Shown here piece after piece: positions 53,256 through 64,000 of a stretch of DNA of 64,000 bases; the stretch's first letter is position 1, and every line of letters begins with the position of its first letter. Under the pieces are notes generated by a model. It saw only the letters and a list, made by a program, of their open reading frames with translations, searched no databases and had not been told where the DNA came from. Both the position numbers and the translations under genes were made by a program. Source of the DNA: Lama guanicoe (taxonomy: Eukaryota); contig MU057351.1 in NCBI GenBank assembly GCA_013239625.1, positions 5,626,625-5,690,624 of the forward strand, in the 5' to 3' direction.

Positions 53256-55009
53256 CACCTCTTCCGTTCTCCAAACCGGCGTGCCCTCCTCCCTCAGCTC
53301 TGTCCCCTCCCAACCTCCCGCCGGCGTCTCCTCCGGTTTCCCCGCCGCGTCCGCGCGCCTCAACGTGCAGTTCTCCGAGCTCTGGTCCCCGGCAGCTGTG
53401 TTCCTGAAGGAGGCCTACGCGCGCTCTCGGAGCAGGCGAGGGAAAGGGAAGAAGGCACTACCCTTGAAATCCTCTCGAAGGTCAAGTTTGAGGCTTGCTG
53501 AACAGAGGCCAAAGGCGGCGAAAATGCCTCTGCAGGGTCTGCCGGAAGGTTCTGCATGGAGACTGATTTTGAAATGCCTTTCTCCTCTTAAACACCAGAT
53601 TAATTTCTCTGAAACACAGTGTACTGGTCACGTCCAAAGGCAGGATGATGACAGATGATTTTGTAAGCCCAGGGCTGCAGTATTTATTTGTCTTGTACGT
53701 CAGGCTACACAGCTCCTTAAACCGCGAAGAACTGGAGATGTGATCAAACAGTATTAGATCTACTCAGTAGTATTAGAGAGAGAGAAGTGAGGGAGTGGGG
53801 AGAGGGGGCGAGTGATGGCTCGAGACCTGCTGAAGGTGTGCCCTTTAAAGGCAGCGCCTCCAGCGGCACAGGTGACCCTTAGAGCACAAACGGGACCCAT
53901 GAAAAGAAAAATCAAATCCTCGAAGAAAAAACGAGCCTTGGGAATAGTAGGCTGTTACTGTTACTTACATCCAGACTCTGACTTACTGGCCTTTTACAGC
54001 CACCAGTAAAGGGTGCTCAACTTTGAAAGCTGCTCTGAACTGACCTTGAGGCACAATGAAGGGAAAAATGCCACTGGAGAAAATTGCGGTTTGTGTAGTG
54101 CTTTGAGATCCTCTAATAAGAAAGCAGGAAAATTGTGAAGTGACTTTGTTTCATAGATGCTTACTGTGACACAGGAATATTTAAAAGACTTCCCAGTGAA
54201 AATTGAGTCAGTTCCCCGTCAAATCTTACACCATGGAGTGGTGAGTAGAGACCACAAGATTTGAAATAATAACGTCAGCATTGATTCACTGACCACATTT
54301 TTATGGAGTGTTTATTGCATGCCCCATACACAGCAACATCTTCCATGTGAAACATATTATATGCACAATGAGTCTTAGGTGTATTGGAAATTAGGGAGAC
54401 AAACGGGGATTCTGGAAGGTTTCTGCCCTGGAGTTGCTCATGCTCTTGCAGGAAGAAGAGATATAACAAATGAATGTAGTACCGGGTAACATGGAGCATA
54501 GAAACAACATAAATGTCTGGAGTACAGTGAATCAATATATTGGCATATTCCTAGAGTGAAATACTCTGCAGCAGTTAAAAATGAATAGACTGTCTTAAAA
54601 GCAATGTTGGATAAAAATTATTTTAAAATTGATATTAATGTAATATTAATCTTTATTAAAGTAAATTTAAAAACCTCAAATAGAAAAGTTGTTAGTATAT
54701 AACTACATAGTAAAAGTATAAAAACATGTCAGGGAAGGGCACATGCCAATTTCAGGATGGAGGTTGTCTCTCGGGGGAGAGAGATCCTCCAACCATTTAG
54801 GTTTTAGCTATGTAAGTAATGTTTATTTCTCTAAAAATAAGAATTGGAAAGATGAGAGGACATGGAGAAGTGCAGGAAGGCTTTAAGGAAGAGGTGACAT
54901 TGAAGCTAAGTTCTTGAAGTGATAAGCAAGAGTTTAATAGGAATATATTCAAAAGACAATTCTCCCTGAATAAATGAGAAAAAGAAGTACTGAAGCTGTT
55001 ACACTTTTT

Positions 55010-55485
55010 ATATAATTTTTAATTTACATATAGGAAAATTCACTTTTGGAGGGGTATAGAAATCTGTGAGGTTTACAAATACATAGAGTCATGTAATTAC
55101 CATTTCAAATAGGAAACAGAACACTTTCATCACTCCTCTCCCCAATTCCTTTGTGCTGTCTTTTGTAGTCAACCTTTGCCCCTTGTAATCAACTCCCTCA
55201 TAAGCTTAAATTCTGGAAACTACTGGTCTGTTCTCCATCCTTAAAGTTTTGCCTTTTCCGGGATGCCTTATAAATGGAATTATACAGTAGGTAGCTTTTT
55301 TGTGTGTCAGGCTTCTTTCACTTAGCATAGTGAATTTTATCTTCATCCATGTCGTTGGGTATATCAGTAGTTTGTTCCTTTTGACTGTTAAGTCATAGTT
55401 CATTGGACTCACCACATCCATGTGGACATACCACAGATTGCTTATCCTTTTTCCAGTTGAAGGCCATTTGATTTGTTTCTGGTGT
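55010..55485 (-). mobile_element. L1MB-like 3' end
   Basis: ataaatggaattatacagtaggtagc...cttctttcacttagcatagt...ttcatccatgtcgttg. The minus-strand ORF 55206-55421 (…TTWM…MLSERS…YCIIPF) is a decayed L1 ORF2 C-terminus. Confidence 0.85.
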
Positions 55486-58029
55486 ATAATTTCTTGTTCA
55501 TGGTTGTTGTTCAGGGTGTTATCTTGTATAATGTGGATCTTCTGTGAATAGCTTTTGTATTATATTGATAAATGTACTGTTATCTTCTCCCAGAGGCTAA
55601 ATCTGTAACCTGATATTGAATACTGTGTGATGTTGAACTAGGTGAAGCCTCCCTAGCAAAATGTATAGGAAACCACACATGTTCACAGTCATTTGGAAGT
55701 TGCCCTTCAACTAGTTTATGCAGTAGCAAAGACTAACCAGAGATGCTGATGATCAGCATGTGTGAATTTTCATCTGTGTGGCCAATTACCTAGATTTCTA
55801 ACACTTTGAGCATCTGTGTACTTCCTAGTATGGAGCGATGACTTGTTTCTAAATATTTCCTCAATCCTTGTTGAAACATTGACCTTTGCTCTCTGAGGTC
55901 CAGGCGAGCTTTACTGGCAGGCTGAGTTCCCATGCATCTGATATGGGACGACTGCTTGACACCACCAGTCTAGAGGTTTTAAACACTCGTAAGGATTCGG
56001 AGTAATCCCCAATCCTGGTGTATACTGTCAAAGGTTCAGTTTTTTCTTGTTTGGTTTCCTCTAGTTCATCTCCAGCTGGGACCCTGAAAAGCAGGCAGCT
56101 GGGACTGTGTGTACAGAGTAGGTGCTGACCCCAGTCACAGAGTATGTATGCCTGTGGGCACATGAGCATATCTTAATGCATGCCTAGGAGTCAAATGTCA
56201 ATTGTTTGTGAATTACCTCCTGCTTAAAGCTTTATTTATTTATTTAAAACATTTCTAGCCCTCTTGGCTACTTGAAGCTGTCTTTGTTAAGGACAGCCAT
56301 TCCAGTAATAATGTGCAAAATAGGGAGGAGAGAAGTAAACACGGTTCACAGCCTGACTACTTTCTGGGTGTGGTTCAGAGTAGACAAGAGGACAATCTTG
56401 AAATTGTATCTGGTTGCTCCACGTGAGACTCTTCAGGTCATCTTTAGTTTCAGTGCTCATAATCATCACCCTCTGGCAAATGACTCTAGAAACAAAAATA
56501 TCAACAAAACTAGTCAACTAAAATATTTGGTAAAATGGGCACTCAGAATTTACTTTGAATAAATTCTTAAGCAAAGGATATAAATCAAGGGATATCGATG
56601 CCAATTTTAGCTCTGTGAAGGTTCTATGAGACCTTGGGAAAAAGTCTACGTTATTTGTACCACAATTTTCTAACTTAAAAAGGCAAAGGAGTAAACATGT
56701 TACTATTTATGGTTTTAAGATTCCTGCAGCCAGAAGTACTTTATAAGCCCCAGGCTTTGCTGTAATAGAGTTCCTGCACGAATTGTGCAGGATTGTGTTG
56801 ATGGGGGAAACCTCCCATCTCCGTTTTCCTGCGTATGTTAATTAATTACAACGCACCTAAGCTTCATGTTTCCTGGTGCACTTTGAAGATTTTGAGAAAG
56901 TTGCCATTTCTGCCAAATAAGCTAATTTTCAGCCCTTTATTCAAATAAAATAATTTAGAAGCATGCACTCACTCATACCCTTTGTCATATTTGCAGCAAT
57001 TGTATTTAGTAAACTTGTCCAAGCTACCGAGTGCTGGCCTGTGAAGATCCTCAGTCCAGCGACTTACACAGAGAATCACTCATTCTCCCATTAAGAGAAA
57101 ATGGTCTTCGTGCTACAAAGAGATTGGTGCTGTCTTAGTGCCAAGACTGTGATTTCTAATGAGATTGAAACTCCTGAAGGTAAAAAGAGAAAAGAAGCAC
57201 CTTTTAAGTGACTGGCAATTCCATGGTCGCGGATTAAGCCAGAGCAGCTTTTGCTCTTCCAGGTACTGTCTTTGATAATGAGGTTCTATTTGAGTGTTAC
57301 AGTAGTATAATATAAATCAGTGGCTCTGGCTTTTTAAACTTTGCTTCTCTCTCCTGTAAAGCAGCGTAAGTGAGTGCCTTATCATAACGCTGGGATAATG
57401 ACATCTCCAGGCCTGTGCGCTGCATTCAAAAGCGAGGAAAGCCCCAGAACGGAGTGACTCAGCAGTTCCTGACCAGGCTGCTCAACGCTCCGATGAATAC
57501 CTTTGCCCCTCGGAATTAGTTATGGAGGTGCCCAGAGCTTGTGTAAAGTTCTCTGTGCCATTTGAAAAAGGTACTCTGAGAAAAGATAGGCTGATTTTTA
57601 ATTTTAATGTTTTACTTACCAGTTTAAGTACATTTATAGTTTGCTTTGCAAAATGTCAACAGACATCCCAAGTGGATAACATTTAAAAAAGATTGAATTT
57701 CCTGTATTGACTCTAATATCCTCTCAGAAATGTGGTCATCAATGCCTACAGGTTCATTTGTTAAAACAACCCATTCAAATGACTATTACAAAAATCCAAC
57801 AACACTTTTTGCCATTTTCCACCTTGTCCCAAATTCTCATTGATTAGAATTCTAGCAAGATAGATTGAATGATTTCATTCTGGTTCTGCTGCATCTAGGA
57901 AAGGCTCCAAATGGAGTTCCCATTACAAGAGGATCCAAGGATGCTCTGAGAAGGAATTTCTATTAACCTAATAGTATTCATGATCATTTTGTATTACAAA
58001 TAACATTATCCATTCGTTTATTGTACACT

Positions 58030-58415
58030 CAACAATCGACAAAATACTTTCACATAAATTATCTCATTTCATGTAAGTTATTTCACAACAACTTCATAAA
58101 TAGGTTGGTGATAACAATTATCCTTATTTTATAGGAAAGGATACTGAGGTTCAGGAAGATTGAAAATAGCTTACATTTTTATGAAGTGCCTTCTTTGTGG
58201 GAAGCAGTCTTCTAAGAACTTTGCATATTTTAATTCACTTGATCCAGATAACAGCTGTAGGAAGTGAATATTATTGTCATTTTGTTTGACAGATGGAACC
58301 ACAGAGGTGCAGGGAGGTAAAGCAACCTGTGTGAAGCTACATGGTGAGTAAATAGTGGAGTCAAATGAGAATCCACCCCATCTGGTTCTAGACACAAGTG
58401 CTTAACCATCGCACC
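58030..58415 (-). mobile_element. two adjacent MIR fragments
   Basis: ttatccttattttataggaaaggatactgaggttcag and ttgacagatggaaccacagaggtgcagggaggtaaagcaacctg. Confidence 0.75.
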
Positions 58416-59199
58416 TCTCTGCCGGCCCAGGCTTTAGCAACTTGCCCCGGGAAATCTGGCCACTAAGTGTTGGGTCCTGCGTGGGTCTTCTCACTCCCAT
58501 CAGAGTGCCTTTCCATTTGGCATTTGGTTGTAACTTCTCTCATTATCTTTCACTTTATTCCCTACTACATTTTACTACCTTGTGTACTTCTCAGTTTCCC
58601 TGACTGGAGTGGGAGCTTCCTTAGTGCAGGGAAAAGAGAATGATTCCTTTTGTCCATGGATTATCCCCTCCACGGCTGCAAATTCTTCTAACCTAAGAGG
58701 GAGCAAGTTGCAGTGTATTGAACTGAATCAAAGTTGTGGGACTCCTTGAGCATTTTAAGCCTAAAAATTTACAAATGGAATTTTGGCAACATGAAAGTAA
58801 ATTGACAACGGGAAGGAGGCAGTGATTAAACCAGGGAAAAAGGGAAAAGATTGATGTGATAGGAAAAAGCGAGATGGTAACAGTGTTGATACAGCCCTTA
58901 CACTGCACCAGATCCTTTTTGTGTATTAACCCATTTCATCCTTGGAACATTCTATTATTATGTCTCTTTTTTTCTATGAATGGGAAGACTGAGGCACAGA
59001 AGTTATATGATCAATCCATAAATGCATGTGTTTGTGGGTGTGCATGTAAATAAGAGGGAGGAAGAAAGTAGTAGATAATTGTTTGTCCTCCCTGTCTCCC
59101 ACACCAACAATTCCCAAAGGTTTTTCTGGTATTTATTTTATTTCCATCAGATATTTCCTATCTGAGATGCCCTATCCTACTGACTTTTTTCCAGTTCAG

Positions 59200-59910
59200 T
59201 CTCTGCATGGCACTGCAGTTATCTTTCTGAATTATGTATCTGATTCTTCTCTTTCTTGGTTTAAATCAATAAAGTCCTTCATTTTTTACAGGTTATGTGG
59301 CCTGCTACACCCAGCCCTCTTTTATCTTTTCATTGTCGTTTCTGCCTCCTTTCCCGGACCTTTTGTTATGGTTGTGTTTTTAAACCCTCTTTGACCCTGG
59401 ATGGACCATGTACTTTAATTCTCTTGTGATTTTATCCATGTTGTCCTCTCTGCCTGGAATGCTGTTCCCTGCTATTTTACCTGGAAAATTATACTCATCC
59501 TATAGATAAAATTCAAATGTCCTTCTTGATGAAGTCTTTTATGAGCCTACAGATAGAATTAATATATCACTCCATTAATATATACTTTAATTTACTAAAA
59601 CAGCAACAGCTAACAACTACTGAATTCTCAAGTGCTACAATTTTATTATTATTATTGATGAAGAAAAACAAGGGTCAGAGGCTTTATGTAACTTGCCTAA
59701 GATCCCATGGGTAGTGAAGTTTCAGGCAGATTTGTCTGACTTCAAACCCATAAGTTTAACCATCTGCTTTGCTCCATTGATACCACACATTAGTTGCATG
59801 TTTATGTATCTCTTTTCATTAATATGAACTGCAGTTAGTTGTTTGTGCATCCTTTTGGCCTAGTTCAGCGTCTATAACATAGAATGAACTCTGTGAATAT
59901 AGTTGGAAGA
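59200..59910 (+). mobile_element. L2 fragment interrupted by a MIR (~59600-59770)
   Basis: tgtcctctctgcctggaatgctgttccc...tcaaatgtccttcttgatgaagtcttt is L2; gatgaagaaaacaagggtcagagg...aacttgcctaagatcccatgg is MIR. Confidence 0.7.
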
Positions 59911-61370
59911 CTCAATGGCTGTCACCCATTTCCAAGTCCCTGGGCTCTATTTCCCTCACCTGGCCATTCGTATCCCACACCACAGATCTGGGTCATGCTA
60001 TGTCGCTCTGTTGTCCCACATTACATCTAAAGAGACTAGTCACACAATTGACCATCTTGACAACTGTAGGCTGTGAGAGCCTGTAACATCGTCAGTAGGT
60101 ATGACCAGAAAATCATGGCATAGGTATGATTTACTCCGCAACACTTGGGTTGTGGAAACCACTGTTTGTTATATATTTCTGAGTTGACTTAGAATTGGCT
60201 TGAATGTTGTCTTTTTGATAGGTATAAACTTCAATATCATACCCTTGGAGTGCCTCTTCCCCTCTTCTGGATTACCCAAGAGTTCGTAGGGTTTGCAGAG
60301 TCTCCAAAAAAGTTCCCTGGCCACTCTGGGCCCAGGAGAACAACAGGGACCAATAATACATCATTGCTTCCTGTCACCACACTGTGTGTCACAGAGCTCT
60401 GGGCTAGGATGTGCCTTTGAATGAAGGGATTGTCCCCAGGACTCTGATCTTGGCGCCCATCCTTTGAGTTCACATGCTGTCCAAGGAGCCCTGTAGATAT
60501 ACCACACTAGACTGCATTTCCCATCTCAGAATCTACTGTCCCACATTCAACCCCTGAGGGTTCACCCTTCAGCAGTCTTATCTTTCCACAGCCCCAAACA
60601 AAGGGCCCATTCTCCTTTTTTCTCTGACAATAGAGTTTATTTGTTAACAGAATGGTCCAGACCATAAAAATGTAAATGTCTGTTTACTTCTACAATCAGA
60701 AGAGAGAAACATTTCCCTTCTTTTATGAAGATTTCTTCTCCCAAGGGCAGATGTGGAAAACCTCAAGGTATCTTCTTGCTAAAGGGGCAACAACGAAGCA
60801 CCACTTAGATCTGTTAATTAGGTAAGTCTTCAGTGGGGTACCCAGTGTAAAAAAACAAAAATGCCAGAATTTACTCATAAGTGCGAGTTTCCTGTTTTAA
60901 AGGAGTCACTTGCTGTACATTATTATAATTATGTTGCCATCATTCAAACATTTAGAAAAATTCTTCAGGTTTTTAGAGGCTATGGCCCAGTCATTTTGCT
61001 CCCAAAGAAAGCAAATATTTATATTTGAAAATGGATTTGATTTTGTAAAGAGCCCAAAGTTATTTGGCTTAGTTTTATGAATAAAATCAGTGTGAAAAGC
61101 TGCTTCTGGTCCAAAAGAAGGTGAAACTGTAAAGTAATGACACTGGTTTCGTGAGTCTTACCAAATCCAAAAGGAATTTCCAAATGTAGCGTGAAGAATG
61201 GAGTATCGAGAAAATAAGTATACAGTTTCCAAATGTGACTACAGGAAGAATGACACAAATCTGAATATAAATATTCTGGTATATTTGTGACCAACTGTTC
61301 TCATTACTGTGTCTGAAGGTGCAGCTTGCATATTATGTCCAAAATTGTTGCTGAAAATATCTCGCAGCAG

Positions 61371-61520
61371 ACTGGTGCTTCTCAAATTCAATGTGGACAT
61401 GAGTTCTCTGTGGTTAAAATGTAGATTCTGATTCAAGAGCTCTGGCATGGGGCCTGAGATTAAGCAGCTTTTCTAAGCAGTTCCCAGGTGATGGTCCAGG
61501 GACGTCTCTGAGTATCACTA
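61371..61520 (+). mobile_element. MER5A-type hAT-Charlie MITE
   Basis: tggtgcttctcaaatt...gttaaaatgtagattctgattc...ggggcctgaga...ttctaagcagttcccaggtgatg. Confidence 0.75.
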
Positions 61521-63759
61521 ATACAGCCCTGGTGAGCAAGTGAAATCCTGGTTTGCACCTGGATATTGCTAGTCACATTAAGCTACACGTGGGCTGGTTT
61601 ATTTCTTAGCAAAATATTTGTTTGTGTTCTTGTACATACGAACTTTGCCTCAGAACAGTGCATTTTCTGTGTCCTTTATCAGGGAAGAAGCAGCCATGAC
61701 CCTGTGCCGTTTCCTCAGATTGGATGTTTTCTTTATTCAGGATATAACGGAAATTTCTGTGGAAAAAATTTACAAAGTAATATAGATGTTTAACTTCACT
61801 AATTATTACATGGTAGATATTATCACGTGAGAAAGAGCAAGATACATTTTGATATATTTAAAGCTATTATTTCTAATTTGACAATTTTTGAAATTGATAC
61901 AACAGAAGTTCTTTTGCTCACCAGCTGAAAACAAAATCCTATTTCATAGCTAAAATGTAAACAGCTAAGATGTAATTGGAGGACTAAATTTCACAGCTAC
62001 CAAAACACAGCTGTGAAACATAACTTTAGAGTGTAATAAAGCCAAATAGCTTTGCCTGCTAATAATGGATATTACAAGTAAAGATAAGAATGACTATGTT
62101 AGAATATTTTAGTGTTTAAATACTTTAACTGATGTTACCGGTTTAACTGAGAATGTTCTCAAGTTACTTACCACATGTGCATCCAGTGCATGCCTGCTAT
62201 GTGTCTCTTGCTAGGAACTTGTGATACGGAGGTAATGTGACATTAAGTCATTCTTCAAGGAGTTTTTTTTTTATTATTATTATTACATAATATTTCCTGT
62301 GTTGAGTAATTTTTTTCCGATTGTAAATGCAAATTGGAAAAACAGTAGAAACTACAGGAAAAGACTACAAAAAGTAAACTATATGCTATTCCAAAGCCAA
62401 CCGCTGTTAACATTTTTATGTTGTATTTTAAGTTTCCATTGACCTAATTCTGGTATTATTATTTCTGGCATCTTGCTGTATTTTATTAGTATTTTTTAAC
62501 TGTGGAAATAACTCTTGCTGGCCAGTGTCAAGGTATATGTCAGTTGAATTTTTATACCTATGTTGGCCTGGGCTGAATTTTGGAAATTCATAGGAACTGT
62601 ATATGATGTGTGTATGTCTGCATGTGTGTTAGGGTAGGGGTTGGGGGTTTTCTCTGGGATCAGCTCTTCCCTAATATTTGAAGGCCCCTTTAGACTGGAG
62701 GAAGAAACTGGAGAAGTAGCTGGAATTCCATGTAACTTAGTAGATATTAGTAGGATAAAGACCCTTTACGATATAACCGATAGGGTTTATATCCCCATTT
62801 GCACATTCTGTTTTTCTTTCTCAATTTTGTAATAAATTTTTTGGATTGTGATAAGTTTGGACTGAGGGGAAGTGGTTCTTACTAAAATCTGTTGAATAGT
62901 TTTATCATCTGTAAATTAGGGTACATGAGCTACATGTTCTCAGTTTTCTTGAAGTCTTGAGTTTTGAAATTCTGTGGCTATTTTCTTTATTCATATCCTG
63001 CATGTAAATAGATCTGTCCTGATAGATACCTTTACATACCTTTGATAATAATCTTTAAATCAATGTGAACTTCAAGTCTCACTGAAAATCTACAGTCTAG
63101 AATAATTATCTATAACAGAGCTTTGCAAATTGCTGCCTGCAGATTAAATTATTAATCTTCTGAATCAGTAAACATGCTTTTCTTCAGATACTTAGATAAG
63201 TATGAATAAGAATGGTATCACACTTACGATGACAAGAGGTATGGCTTTGGGAGACATGCCTGGATCATGTAAATCAGCTTCTTATTTCCCCCAGGATTAT
63301 TCCTAAATAGAACTTACTTAGGCTTGATTTCCAGAGACCAGCTAGATCTGCATCAGGTAAATGTCACATCTACTGCCATGAGAGAAACTAGGGTGTAAGA
63401 ATGACACTGTGAGCCTGGCAAGATTCATCTTGAGTGACTCAGGCAGGAGCATTTTCAGTTAACGTGGGGATCCTCTGTGATAGAAACCAGGCCAGGAAAG
63501 CCATGAGCTTTTGGTATTATAAGGTTGGATGTATGATTTCACAAGGAATAGGGGTCAAAGTCATGTTAATAGTTGATAGCTACATTCCTCATGAAGAACA
63601 GAGAGGGCCTTGCTGAAGGAGACCAGGCCGTGGTGTCTCTGGAAGAAAATAAACCCACTCTGTGAGAAGGGGTGCAACCTTCAGGTATTTAGGAGGGAAG
63701 TGAGTTGCAACATTATGGACGAAGACTGTCCTAACTGACCTTGGAATACCCTTCCTTTC

Positions 63760-64000
63760 CAGAGATGGCTAACTCAGCGGACGTCTAAGCAGAGACAGCC
63801 CTCTCTGATTTCCCAGCGAAGACTGAGACGGCAGAGTCTGCAAAACAGAAGACGAGGCCGGGCCCGGGACGCAGGGGTCCTGAGAGGACAAGCCCATCCC
63901 GAGCGGAGAGCAGAGAGCAGAGAGCGCCTGACCAGGGCCTGAACCGGACCCAGCGCCGACTGCGAGGGGGGCGGGGAAAGAGAGGGAGAGCGCCCACGAG
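63760..64000 (+). promoter_or_regulatory. start of a CpG-rich segment (CpG island, or 5' UTR of a young L1), truncated by the window end
   Basis: Abrupt switch to CpG-rich sequence beginning at agagATGGC (YY1-like motif), with a GC box GGGGCGGGG near 63968-63976. Confidence 0.5.

Larger units (their letters stand above)
48380..53950. promoter_or_regulatory. gene-less CpG-rich domain (several CpG-island-like patches: ~48.7-49.6, 50.25-50.95, 51.3-51.8, 52.3-52.4, 53.0-53.55 kb)
   Basis: Visibly raised GC and CpG density relative to the AT-rich background, almost no interspersed repeats, and no recognisable coding exon. Confidence 0.75.

Noticed and set aside
62641-62832. ORF containing GIPCNLV (SH3-like) and a small imperfect hairpin at 62769-62792
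   Set aside because: No other SH3 motifs or splice context, and the hairpin is too short for a structured RNA call.

Overview
AT-rich mammalian genomic DNA, probably camelid judging from a tRNA-Ala-derived SINE and the absence of recognisable Alu, B1, Bov-tA, PRE1 or CanSINE elements. Positions 1 to ~24.5 kb hold the 3' half of TMEM161B on the + strand: seven coding exons (human exons 6-12, as recalled) with matching splice phases, ending at TGA 23288-23290, plus the 3' UTR. Exon 8 runs into an N gap. The acceptor of the first exon carries a U12-type (minor spliceosome) branch-point signature. The rest is intergenic DNA with old repeats (HAL1, L1M, L2, MIR, MER5A, MER58, MLT1). It includes a gene-less CpG-rich domain at ~48.3-54 kb carrying a REST/RE1-like site, a strong CTCF-like site, a CCAAT+octamer pair, further octamers and splice signals. 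A second CpG-rich segment starts at the window end. The most unusual structural item is a ~112-bp, ~87%-identical inverted repeat abutting an L1 5' truncation point. I found no convincing new protein-coding gene or new biological system; the ORF-track entries outside TMEM161B look spurious or repeat-derived. Repeat family names and orthologue comparisons are recognised from memory, not from database searches.
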